In this document: positions 14,700-27,555 of the stretch, one piece after another
Position numbering within the stretch: position 1 is the first letter of the stretch
Layout of the letters: the number at the start of each line of letters is the position of its first letter
Assembly: GCA_003344405.1 (NCBI GenBank)
Contig: NOWV01000029.1
Location: forward strand, 372,001-436,000
Origin: Trichoplax sp. H2
Taxonomy: Eukaryota
DNA length: 64,000 nt
Reading direction: 5' to 3'
Notes under the pieces: generated by a model
Database searches by the model: none
What the model was told of the DNA's origin: nothing
Seen by the model: only the letters and a program-made list of their open reading frames with translations
Position numbers and translations under genes: made by a program

Positions 14700-15160
14700 T
14701 GCACAGGGATATTTCATCGGATAAAGCAGGTCTGATTGCTGGTACTGATGGTTGTAGAGTGCTGTAGAAATCATCTTATCCAGCCAGCCATTTTTTACTC
14801 ACTCGTTTAGTGGTTGCCTACTGTGTGCACTGTATACCATGCAAGGTTAATGAAAAGATCAAGGATGTAAGTAGTATATTTGCACAGCAAAGCAGGTCTG
14901 ATTGCTGGTACTGATGATTGTAGAGTGCTGTAGAAATCATCTTATCCAGCCAGCCATTTTTTACTCACTCGTTTAGTGGTTGCCTACTGTGTGTTCTTTA
15001 TACCATGCAAGGTTAATGAAAAGATCAAGGATGTAAGTAGTATATTTACACAGCAAAGCAGGTCTGATTGCTTTAGTGGTTGCCTACTGTGTGCACTGTA
15101 TACCATGCAAGGTTAATAATGAAAAGATCAAGGATGTAAGTAGTACATTTGCACAGCTGC
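14700..15160. repeat. ~166-170 bp tandem repeat, left (pre-gap) version, about 2.5 units
   Basis: AAAGCAGGTCTGATTGCTGGTACTGATG...GAAAAGATCAAGGATGTAAGTAG repeats at ~14723, ~14889 and ~15055 (last one internally deleted). Confidence 0.9.
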
Positions 15161-15257
15161 GATGTCTCATTGGGCAAGGCAGGTCCATGCTGAATTGCTG
15201 ATCCTTTTTATGGTGGCAAAGTCCTCGTTCAAGTCGATACTATAGCCACTGTAGTGC

Positions 15258-15277
15258 NNNNNNNNNNNNNNNNNNNN
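15258..15277. other. Assembly gap (20 N) flanked by overlapping duplicates
   Basis: 14106-15257 is repeated as 15278-16777 with a few substitutions and more repeat units. Confidence 0.95.
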
Positions 15278-15900
15278 GATTAATTCAAATTAAATTAAAA
15301 ATAGATAGCTCTCATAAATGGACAGTAATTTAGGACATTGATGGAAAGGATTGGACCATTCAAGAGCGAGTTTCCGCTCATGGATAGGTGATCAATAACG
15401 CTTGTATAAAATGCTAGGAAATAGGAAAAGTCGTCTATTGCGAGAGACATCGCTGTTAACATGCTATATGCAGTAGATAGTCAGTATAAAAATAAAAAAA
15501 AATAATAATAATGTCGACACTCGATGAGTTCTGTAGAAGTTGTCTTCTATGTCAACGTAGTCGAGTCACCGACATGGAAAGTCCCAAGCTCCGCTGTGCA
15601 AAATAAACTGTCAGTTTGTATCCCTTTCTGACTCACTTGTTTTTATGGTACTGTATTTTACTGCATATCATGCTATTCAAGAAAAGTAAAAATGACAATT
15701 GATTTGCACAGAGAGGTTTCATTCAATCAAAGCAGGTCCGATTGCTCGTGTCGACAATTTAAATTGCAGAAATCAGTGATTAAAGTAAAATATGGCCTCT
15801 GTTCTCTAGTAATCCATCAATATATCTCATACTAATGCACACTGTGGATGGGAAAATCAAGGACGACAGTTTATTTTTGCACAGGGATATTTCATCGGAT

Positions 15901-16680
15901 AAAGCAGGTCTGATTGCTGGTACTGATGGTTGTAGAGTGCTGTAGAAACTATCTTATCCAGCCAGCCAGCCATTTTTTACTCACTCGTTTAGTGGTTGCC
16001 TACTGTGTGCACTGTATACCATGCAAGGTTCATGGAAAGATCAAGGATGCAAGTAGTATATTTGCATAGCAAAGCAGGTCTGATTGCTGGTACTGATGGT
16101 TATAGAGTGCTGCAGAAATTATCTTATCCAGCCAGCCAGCCATTTTTTACTCACTCGTTTAGTGGTTGCCTACTGTGTGCACTGTATGCCATGCAAGGTT
16201 CATGAAAAGATCAAGGATGTAAGTAGTACATTTGCACAGCAAAGCAGGTCTGATTGCTGGTACTGATGATTGTAGAGTGCTGTAGAAACTATCTTATCTA
16301 GCCAGCCATTTTACTCACTCGTTTAGTGGTTGCCTACTGTGTGCACTGTATGCCATGCAAAGTTCATGAAAAGATCAAGGATGTAAGTAGTACATTTGCA
16401 CAGCAAAGCAGGTCTGATTGCTGGTACTGATGGTTGTAAAGTGCTGTAGAAATTATCTTATCCAGCCAGCCAGCCATTTTTTACTCACTCGTTTAGTGGT
16501 TGCCTACTGTGTGCACTGTATGCCATGCAAGGTTCATGAAAAGATCAAGGATGTAAGTAGTACATTTGCACAGCAAAGCATTTCTCACTCGTTTAGTGGT
16601 TGCCTACTGTGTGCACTGTATACCATGCAAGGTTAATAATGAAAAGATCAAGGATGTAAGTAGTACATTTGCACAGCTGC
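15901..16680. repeat. ~170 bp tandem repeat, right (post-gap) version, about 4.5 units
   Basis: Unit starts AAAGCAGGTCTGATTGCTGG at 15901, 16071, 16241 and ~16405, then a partial unit. A diverged unit precedes the array (~15729-15900). Confidence 0.95.
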
Positions 16681-17123
16681 GATGTCTCATTGGGCAAGGC
16701 AGGTCCATGCTGAATTGCTGATCCTTTTCATGGTGGCAAAGTTCTCGTTCAAGTCGATACTATAGCCACTGTAGTGCAAACACAGTCCGTAACTACTGAT
16801 CCATTTGGATTTATCCGAGCCTTGTAGCAAACACTGTAGAGTACAGATGAATTTTACGTTGAAAATTTCTCCAATTCTCTACGATTGTTGAGGAAATAAT
16901 CCAAAATTAGACTAAGGATCCAGCTGGAAAATATTTTTGTCGGATCGGAAGTGGGTCTGCAACCAACTGTACAGTCTTCTACCCTACTGCCCGATACAGT
17001 AGCCATGAGCCTATACGAACACACAATGATGATCGACTCGATGCCCACACGCTACTCAAATAAGTAGGAGATCATCACTACGCAGACTCTATTCTTTTTC
17101 AAGAAATCGGCGGTTATCCAGCT

Positions 17124-20100
17124 ATGGCGGGGCTAGTAGCAACCGAGAAATGGATACGTCAGCGCATCCAGTTAAAGCATGATAATCTAGGTAAAATCCA
17201 ATTCATTGATTATTACTTACTTTTATGCAAGGTTATCCACCTTTTATAACAGCTGTAGGATGATGAGTAGGCCACTAGGTTGGCTGTTAACGATGCTACT
17301 TTCGCTATGATAAGATTGGACTTGGGATATTTATTTATAGTGATGTTGTCTATTTTGATTAGCCAGCAGGCCTTGAATCGATTAAAGTATACTCTAGTTG
17401 ATGTTATGATAGTGGAAAGAGAATAAATTGTAATGGTTCTAGCTCAACTTGTTAATTCGTATGATCGATTCAAGAAAATAGTACAGTAATAGCAGCTGGT
17501 GTAGATAGAAAATTGAATTTAAATGGACACAATGAGTACTCTATCGAGGGCGTCGTCAACCGTCCCTTATTGATCAGACGCTTTATTTCTCTCTTGATTC
17601 TGCACTAGTACTAGGACGACGAATAGTAAGCAAGTGATTTTTCTCCAGTAGTCCACAACTTGGATATATGTTGATAGATAGACAATCGACTACTGCCATT
17701 ATTACTATATATACAAGTTATCTTTATTATGCGAACTTTACTAATATAGTCACTAATCATTGCTAAATGAAGTCAAGACACTTGATTAGTTGAACTTAGT
17801 CATAGCAACTTGAAATCTTTATTCCACATAGCAATCATCTCAGTAGATATATCAACGCACTATCCGCTAACTTATTGACAGTAATTGGAGGTCTTTTCAA
17901 AATAGCAATCATCTCAATTTGATATGTCAAGACACTGGGTTAGATTAACTTATTTACGGTCATGCAAAGTCTTTTCTAAGATGACGATCATTTCAGTAGA
18001 TATATCNNNNNNNNNNNNNNNNNNNNCCATTATTACTATATATACAAGTTATCTTTATTATGCGAACTTTACTAATATAGTCACTAATCATTGCTAAATG
18101 AAGTCAAGACACTTGATTAGTTGAACTTAGTCATAGCAACTTGAAATCTTCATTCCACATAGCAATCATCTCAGTAGATATATCAACAGTAATCGAATGT
18201 CTTTCATGATAGTAATTATCTCAGTAGATATATCAACGCACTATCCGCTAACTTATTGACAGTAATTGGAGGTCTTTTCAAAATAGCAATCATCTCAATT
18301 TGATATGTCAAGACACTGGGTTAGATTAACTTATTTACGGTCATGCAAAGTCTTTTCTAAGATGACGATCATTTCAGTAGATATATCAAGACACTGTCCA
18401 TCAACTTATCTACAATAGTTTAAGGCCTTTCCAAGATAGCAATTATCACAGCAGACTTAATAAGACACTAAATTCCATTAACTACTGATAGACCCGTATA
18501 GTAGTTTGAGGTCTTTTTCAAGAGAGTGATCATCTCAGTTTTGATAGATCAACATACTGGATTAGATTAGATTAACTTATTTACAGTAATTTGAGATAGC
18601 GTTCATCTCAGTAGACATGGCAAATACAGTATACCAAATGATGATGCATGCAATCCATTAAATTACCACAGATTAACCAAGTAATTACGCGTAGAACATT
18701 TAATATTGGATGATCGAGGAAAAATAGTTTGCTGCTGTATTAAAATAAAATGATTCTGTATAATATTCTAGATTTGCTAATATACAGTATTATTACAACA
18801 GTTGTCATAGCATGCTTGTGTAGACGAGGTAAAAATATTTAACCTTGGTTGAACAGGGAAACAACAAGTTCCTACTGCATTTGAAACATTAGACGCATCA
18901 TCATGTAACTATGATATCTAGAAACTAAATTTTTATAGCCCGTACGTACGGTGTACTACGACGAGAGCTCATAAAACGATTAAACAATCAATCTTTTCAA
19001 AATTTGAATGTCTTAATCAACATTACCAAGAGGATAGCTATTAATAGTATCGAAATAGGAAAGAAGCATCCTGTATTCATAATAAGCCTTTACGGTAGCA
19101 TGATATTATTCAAAGTGCTTCGCAAGACTTGACCACCACGGTAACAACAGGAACGGTAACATGGAGTTTGCAAGAAAATCACGTTAGCAAGACAAAATGA
19201 AATGATATTGTACATATACAATAATAGTCAAGAAATAGACAATATTTTCGACGTAGTACTATGCTATTAAAGGGAGCCAAAACTTGCAAATACGTAATTT
19301 CTCAAAATTAGGTATCTACTCAATTCCAGATAAAATTTTAAAAACTTAACAGGCACTTTTAAGTCGAAATGGAAGATTGTTTTCATTTCATGATCGTTGG
19401 AATTATACACCCAATAACGCGCCATATTTTAGAAAATTTTTCTCACTTTCTTGCTATACGTATTCTAGTACCTGCATTTTACATTTTGTTATAGTAATGC
19501 AAGTTGAAAGTGTGTATCTTTGGTAGCTACACTATATCGAATAAGAATAATAATTTCTATTATTATATAGACGATGTACGTTCTTTATCATTACCCGGCG
19601 CATATCAAGAGAAGATCATAAAACTTGGCTCAGGTCTCGTTGGTTTTGTGCGTGTAAAACATGTCGACTTGTCACGCAATGCACTTACTTCGCTTGATGT
19701 AAGTTATTTACTTTCCTTTCACCGTACCTCAAGTTACCGAAATGATGCTATCTCATATTTCTATCAGTTAATATGATAGCATATTTAAGTCATAGCTATC
19801 CATCAATCATTGTTTTACAACTTTTCTATCTTTATTTATAGGGATTAGAAAATCTCAAGTTATTGGAGAAGTTAAACTTGTATCCTAAATAAATTGATTC
19901 GACATTGAAGTTATTTGCTCGTAATTACATATATATACCGTATGAAAATATAAAAGTAGTACCGTTAAAATAGCTCTACGAATGGAGAGATATACTCGTA
20001 AATACTGATGATATCGAATCTATAGATCTTGTTTTCCTTAATTAATCGATCTAAATCGTAGATATTATAATCGTATAGCTTCGCTGGATGAACTATATAA

Positions 20101-23100
20101 ACTTAGGCATAATACAAACTTAAAGGTAGGTAATTTGCAGTACCGAGTGTATTCTTTGCTACAATCCTCAACTGAATAGTAAATAGGTTAATGTTATACG
20201 TAATCGCTAACATAGTGCTTATTGTATTAACATACCAAAAATTTATGTCATCAGAATTATATAGTGTACGCACAGAATCATGGAAATACAAAAAAGTCGT
20301 AACAACAATAATTTTTATTTTACCTTAGGAACTTGACTTGAGATTAAATCCTGTCACTAAGAACGAATCCGATTATAGGCTATTTGTAGTTCATATGCTA
20401 CCTAGTTTAAGACGACTTGGTAATTAAAATTTATACCCATATTTTTGCATATTTCACCAAAATCGTTGACCTGCTACAGTAATAAACCTTTTCTATTCCA
20501 CCATAATGATTAATTTTATTTTAATAGACGATCGTAGCGTCAGAGATAGTGAACGAAGGGCAGCTTTAACCCTCTTTTCTACGGATGCTGTAAGATTCTT
20601 CTAATAGCTAATGTTATTTAAGTTGTTGATATATAATCGTCCGTATATAATAAACCTGTAATGATACTATTTACTGTTAATATATCTTAGTATAGAATGA
20701 TTGAAATCCTTTTTATTATATTTACTTCCATTTCACATATGCTCGAAGGCAACCGTAATGTCACAAAAGCCAAATGTACAAATTGCTAAATCTTCCCCCG
20801 AAAAGTAATCCTATTATCCTGCCTTTAATGAAATATACAGTAGCATATATTTTGTACGATAAAAGACACATACATAAGAACTTAATTATATTTTAATACA
20901 CCTATACATGTATAGATCTTCCGTTCCAAGAGTTAATATGGTTAAATCCCTAGCCAGGCCTCCACGTAAGTGAATATCGACAATACTACCAATTATGAAT
21001 TATTAGAAGCTATACGATGCGAATTTGTAATATAATGGCATTCTACTAATTCCATGTTAGAAGTATATTAATTCACTAACATTTAAATTGTCATTAAAAT
21101 GGCTCGTTTAGTAATGGTGCAAGACAACGATGATGAATTATTAGATTTGGTAGCGCGTACTGGTGGTGATCTAGGTCAAAAAAGAGAAATGACTGGGTCA
21201 ACGGCAAGAAAACCCGTTGCCGATAGTTACACAAAAGAAGAACTAAAAGGTAAAAGTTTCCTTATGCTGATTTTTACGTAATATTGTTAATAGTAAATAT
21301 AAAATAATATTAAGTATTGAAATTATTGCTACTAATTTTTTTACCTTTAAACAGTTCTAAATCAAGATGATGATCAACAGAGGCATTTTAAGCTAAAAAG
21401 GATAGATGATTCACCATCGAGATATGGCAGCACTAATAATAAATTAGATACGTCATTGGCAGCATCAAAATCCGTTACTTCCCCAGGTAGGAATACAACA
21501 TTTTGTTCCTGATAAATTTGATTAAATCTAATAACTTAGACAAGCAGGACTGATAATCTTTAACAATACCCTTTTTATTCCTTTTAAAATATAGAAAAAA
21601 CTAGTAGGATACATGGCCGCAGCAGGGTACAATTTGCTGATGAAAACATTAGTGCAGTTGTATCCCCAAATAGAGGTCGTCATTTCGATTCAGAAATTAA
21701 CAAAACTGATGACCCTAATTTAAAATTTCAAGATCAAAGGCAAGCCTATACGAAATATATTTCAAAAGCTAATTTTACTCCCGCTCCGCCAGAGGTGCAA
21801 GATAAAGATGCTGAGAAAACGAATTCGCGAATAACAAGCAAAGATCGAATTCGCTATGACGATACGTTGACGACAGTGACTTCTCCTAGTGTAGGCGGTG
21901 ACACTACTCAAGTTAGCATAATTTTCAATCGTTTATTCTGTAATGTCGCATCAATTAATCGGTCATTATGTAATAATATAAACGTGTTAAGATGACATTG
22001 AAACATTTGGCTATGTTACAACAGTGCTTTATAGCATGCTACATTGGCGTTCATCTAGGGCTTTTATTAAAGTGCTATACTCCCATATTTTGTATGATTA
22101 CGCATAATTTGGATTATGATATACAGTACTATGAAATTGACATTAATAGTACACATAGTATTAAAAATGTTGATGACAAAAATACCATTTTACTGATTAC
22201 TCATAATATCCTAACCCTAACATTATCAGGGACTATTCGGAAGAAGAGAAAGGGACGGGACACGGCCGAAAACTGCAAAAAAATGAAAAGGCCAACGATC
22301 GTGTCTTGTCCCTTTCTCTTCTTTCGAGTAGTCCCCGATATCTTACGTGTACGTAGCAAACGTAACGGTCCATGTATATGTTGTATAGATCGCTAAGGTC
22401 ATTTTACTTCATCCACAGGTATCACAACCCGATAAATCAACCCTCGAGAATTATGTAGCATTACCGAAAGTGGCTGTTGAAGAAATGCTTAATCTCGTAG
22501 ACAGGTTAATTATTATATCGAAAGAATAAGTAATTAAATTTTTATATACCTATACAAACTTATCTGTTGCCTAATTCGTGATAATAGATATTGGAATGGT
22601 TCAAAATCGCTCCATCGCAATAACAAATTTCAAGGTATTGCAAAACAGAGAATTTCTAAATTCCTGAAAACTACTCTTACTGTAACAGTTATCACAATAA
22701 TAAATTGTGCTTAGAACAGGGATAACTCATGTGATGTAAATTTATTTGTCTTAGTTATACAATATGATAAGATCGTTTGATAAATGCGGATATTATAATT
22801 ACGTAAAGGGTCAAAAATAGGAATGCTATAATGCAAGAAACAATACAGTACTAGGATATCTACCTTAATAAATAAACAAAACACTAAACTGAATGAGGGG
22901 GAAGCAAAAAGTAATTTATAAGTAAAATTTGGTCTATTTGGATGCTCTAAATGTAAATAAATTATCTTCGATATAGAACACAAAGTTTCGTTGTGTAGTC
23001 AATCACATAATTTCTAATACTTATTAGTATGCCAAGCTTATTAACAAACATATTTAGATAATTTAATTGTAGCAGCTGTACTTACAACAAGCTAAGAAAT

Positions 23101-24076
23101 ATATACTCGTAAATTATTATTTACGTCAATCCAATGAATTTCATGTATATCAATTTTTAGGCCATCTTGAAGCCATGCTTTCAAAGTATATTAAAACTCC
23201 AGCAGCAGTATTAGAGGAAAATGAGCAATTAAAAGCCAAACTTCACGATTGTATTGATGAGTTATCATCAATAAGAACTAATTACCAAGACAAAGCTAAC
23301 GAAATTGAATCCTACAGAAATCGCTTGCAACAACAAGATGAAATTAAGCTAGTGCTCGAGAAGGCTAACAAGGATCTAGTAAGAATGTAGATGTAGACCT
23401 ATCAGTGGATCTATCAATGACATAAATTATAAAATTTTTTAAATTTATAGTTTATAGTAACTAATAAAAAAACTTCTTTTTGCAGGATCTACTACGGTCT
23501 CGGTATGAAAAAATAAAAGAAGAGAACGCTTCATTGAAAAGTCAAGTTGGTTCTGTTGAATCTATACAACAACTAGAGATGAAATATCAATCACGTTTAG
23601 GTAATAAATGAAGATTTTGCAATTTTTGCTTATCATATCCATTGACTAGCCTGTTAAATCTTAATTCCATGATCATGATATGACAGCTACACCTTTTTGT
23701 TTATGATATTACAAGATGAATTCGTGAAAGAGAACCGTACTCTTAAACAAGAATTAGAATCATTAAAAAGTGAATCCTCGCAGGTTCATGCCGTTAATAC
23801 CAAGATTCAAGCACTAACTGGCATGTTACAGGAAAGTCATGGGTAAGTAAATTAATCACCGTACCTGTTGAATCGTTACTTTCGATGTTTAATTGATTGC
23901 AAATTTTTATTCCTCACTCAACTTTGTACTTTTGTAGAGCATTAGTCGCAACAAATCGCCATCTGTTGGAGCAGTTAGAAGAGACAAAAGAGAGACATCA
24001 AACTGAAGTTGAACAGCTCCATTGGAGTTACAATCAATTAAAGAAGACATTGTCATTATCTGACTTGAGTTCATAA
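17124..24076 (+). CDS. CEP72: CEP72/LRRC36 family centriolar-satellite protein (N-terminal LRRs and LRRcap, C-terminal coiled coil), multi-exon
   Basis: MAGLVATEKWIRQRIQLKHDNL (17124-17190) | DVRSLSLPGAYQEKI...DLSRNALTSLD (19571-19698) | GLENLKLLEKLNL | YYNRIASLDEL... | ELDLRLNPVTKNESDYRLFVVHMLPSLRRL | DDRSVRDSERRAA ... LVDR|YWNGSKSLH ... LQESH|.LVATNRHLLEQL...EVEQLHWSYNQLKKTL...* (TAA 24074-24076). These motifs match CEP72 as recalled. Some low-complexity middle exon borders are less certain. Confidence 0.92.
17696..18620. repeat. Degenerate ~50-70 bp tandem repeats in CEP72 intron 1, spanning a 20-N gap (18007-18026)
   Basis: Recurring TAGCAATCATCTCAGTAGATATATCAA core. 17696-18006 is duplicated as 18027-18387 with one extra 50-nt unit. 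Confidence 0.85.
19880..20061 (+). other. U12-type (minor spliceosome) GT-AG intron in CEP72
   Basis: 5' site GTATCCTA, branch TTTTCCTTAAT at 20032-20042, no polypyrimidine tract, AG at 20060-20061. Removal restores KLNL-YYNRI. Confidence 0.85.
22224..22340 (+). other. Long imperfect inverted repeat / predicted RNA hairpin in a CEP72 intron (45-nt arms, 27-nt loop)
   Basis: Arm 22224-22268 versus reverse complement of 22296-22340: 38/45 identical, and 5 of the 7 differences are G-U pairs on the + strand. Confidence 0.9.
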
Positions 24077-24399
24077 CAGTTGACGTTGCAGATATTCCTC
24101 ATGTATGGGGTTACTGACTATGCGCACTTTTTTAGTATGCTAGTCATTATTATTTGTTATCGATAGATCGACAGCGTTAAAAGACATGCAGGAATGAAAG
24201 AAAAAGTCGCAGTTTATAACTTAGCCAATTCTTAATGCTCATAGTATCTTATAAAATTTGACATCATAATATTGAATCGATGACTTTCAGTAGCTACACT
24301 ATATTTTTACTTATTTATACGGCATCTTAACTACGCTACGAAATAGTATAAAATTTTATAAAATGGCATAGTTGCCTTATTTGTACAGGTTAGTTTTCA

Positions 24400-24665
24400 A
24401 AACGGTATAGCAAGAACGATGCGATATCATTTTTATTTTATACGACAGCAGCTGATACTGTTGATTAGAACGCCATTAATAATGCTTGCTTATTGTTAGA
24501 AATGTGAGCATAATTAATATTGTACATTAATTCTTTAAAACGATATAGCAAGGACAATCCTACATCATTTTATTTTATACAATAACAGCTGATGCCGTTA
24601 ATTAGAAAGTCTTTAATGTCTGTTTATTCTTAGAAATATAGACATAACTAATATTGTACATTACT
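24400..24665. repeat. Degenerate tandem duplication, 2 x ~135 bp
   Basis: AAAACG(G/A)TATAGCAAG...TCATTTTTATTTTATAC...CAGCTGAT...AATATTGTACATTA occurs twice. Confidence 0.8.
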
Positions 24666-27555
24666 TACGAATATTTAAACATTTAAATCATGTAATAGAT
24701 TATTTATATATATTTAAAATATCGTAAATCTAACTAACCTAAATGTCCTTGAACAAACATTTTCGATCGTCTGGCTACATTCTTCTCTGGATATGTATAG
24801 TTTACTTGGATAACTTTTCTTTTGGTTGTATTCATATATTACTGAATACATTTTTGTACATACCGTTTAGACGAGTATAATGTATACTGTATATGTGTGA
24901 TGGAAATATTTTTACTTCGTATTTGATATTGGTTGCTTATTCAAATTGCTAACATAATGCGGTCAAACAGGATTTTCTTGCTTGCATGTTATAACGTACT
25001 AAAATTATGCGCTTATCATTTAAACTCGTAAAAGTTCTCTAATTTTGTTTAATTATATAACATTTGGTGCTATTCCATTAGATATGATAACACGTATGAT
25101 ATTCTGTGGTAGATGTTTAGTAAGACTGATATTTTTAACGTTATCTATCCAAACTAGAAGAGCTACCCCTCTTATAATTAAGTAAAATATCTTTTTTGCA
25201 AGTACTGTAACATCGAATATAGACATACGAATGGTATCTCGTATGAGGTATACTTAGTCTATTATCATGATTGTAATAATTGCTAGCAAAACTGACAGCT
25301 GATTTTTTAGATTGTTTATCAGATATTGGTCTTAATCACATTAACATTATGCATTGGTAGAATATGAGTCTATGTGATTAATTCCCAATGATAAAGCTTT
25401 TCTGACTTCTTGTGCATCATTGGTTGCTTATTTTGTGGGCGCCGTCTATTCAATAGACTTTTTAACGTATCATGGCCTTTTTACCGGGATTTTCTCTGTC
25501 CGTTTACTGCGTAATTATTCCCATAATTTTGCTTTTAATTTCTTATGCATCTCGGTTGTCGCAAGGATATCACAGTATTGTTGATAACGTCTTCAATTTT
25601 TCATTTTATGTCCACTACAACTGTATGAATACATTTGAAAGTATTTAATTTCTACATGCTGTAGATGGTAAAATAATCAACTCTGTATTCATATATATTA
25701 ATACAGAGTCTTCTATAGTAAGAATTGCTTAGCCGCAATAACATTTTTAACAACATACTAGATTTTTTACAGATAATCTTTTTTATCGCTTTCCTATTGA
25801 TATTGCCAAGCTTAATATCTTGGTAGTGCTTCCATTTTTAATACCTGATTCATTACAGTACAAATCTGTAGAACCTTTACTTAGCTTGCTATCTAGCGTT
25901 ACTGTAATATTGAATTAAATGCTAATGATAATTTTTAATTGATTAGTTTTAGCTCAATTTTTAATACTTAACGCACTATCACGATCGTATTATTATTATT
26001 ACAATTTTAAATTAATAAATTTGGTTCGTAATTCCATTTATTATGCGTGTAATCAAGGTATGATGGATCAAACATGATCCCGGTTAAACTGCCTAGGATA
26101 TTTATTAGCATTTTATCTTGTTATACAGTAGCTGAATGATACAGAAAAAATACTGAAAATCGCTTTCCTTGAGATCCACTTATATTTCGAATATTCATGC
26201 TATCGTCATGCCGATCGATGATCTGATTATTGGCATTTTAACTTGTTATAGCTGGATGAATACAGAAAGTATCCACTTGTACTCCGAATACTCATGCTAT
26301 CCTTATACAACCCTAAAATTTCGATCGATGATCAGATATTTTATCTTGTTATAGCTGGATAGATATAGAAAGAATACAGAAAAAATTTCTCCTTGAAATC
26401 TATGTATACTTCGAATGCATATACTGTTCTTATACTATACTGAAATTTTAATCTAATGACATCGATCACATTAGATAATAAACGATCAAGAAGTATGCTT
26501 ATTGGAATAGATTTTACCACGCGACTTTTTATTCTAATTATCTATCTACAAATACTGAAGTTATTACCAAGACTAACATAAATCATAACAAGACTCGATA
26601 TTGTAGTTTCGCAAATAGAATTTGTTAAATCATCTAATAAAGCAATCGATAATATCCATTATAAAAAATGATAAGGGATGATTATCTTCAAGCTAATGAT
26701 AGTATCAATTTTACCGGTAGTCTAAAAATAGATTTTGCGTTAATAAAATTCATATACATTTTGTCTTATGATGACATTATCTTTATAAATGCTAAAAATC
26801 CAATGATAATTACATGTTTTCTAGCTAAGTAGGTGAATGTTACGATGGTTGGCGAGTAGATTTAAGAATGATTGCGACTTTATTCTAGTTTTCTACTTCT
26901 TATGATATCCTAATAACAGTTTAGCTAATAGTTACCGTATATAGTCTGGTTAATGTAGCGTAGGAAGTGAGAAAAGGACAAACTAAGTAGGTTACGTTAG
27001 GTATTCACACTAGTTTAAAACGAAATGAATAATTTACTTGCTAGATGCTGTCTCAATTTACATAATTGAATATTAATTTACGCTCCTAATCTAGTGAGGG
27101 ATACATTATGATGCAGGTTAATCGATGCAAAGTCTCCTAATTTCTCATTAATATTCATCACATTGAAAAGGAAAATAAATGGATCGGGTTAAAGTATGGA
27201 CAAATTCAATTAAAAATTGTAGAATGCTGTAATATCTTTATCTCATCTATTTCCATCTTATCCAATAATGACTCTTCAACGTTTTGATCAGAGGAGGAAA
27301 TAACATCTTTTATGTCAATTAATTATCGTTACTAGAATAGAAAAAGGTTTACCATAGTCTATTTACTCGTAGTATTAGTCGATAGAAGAACCCATGACAT
27401 ATTGTTCAAGGATAAGATTTTAAGATCTCTGTCTTAATCTTTCATAACTGTTTTCCAAAAATAACGATGTTGGGATAAAAATAAGGTGAAATTGTGCCTG
27501 AATGAATATATGCTTTCCAAGAAAGGATTTTGCTTCTTGTAGGAGTTTAGCTATC

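Noticed and set aside
15996..16636. Repeated short Cys/His-rich ORFs; CRISPR-like or repeat-protein appearance
   Set aside because: They are by-products of a 170-bp tandem unit that is not a multiple of 3. There are no unique spacers and the context is eukaryotic.
21992..22396. 134-aa + strand ORF
   Set aside because: It lies wholly in a CEP72 intron and runs through the hairpin, with no recognisable protein features.
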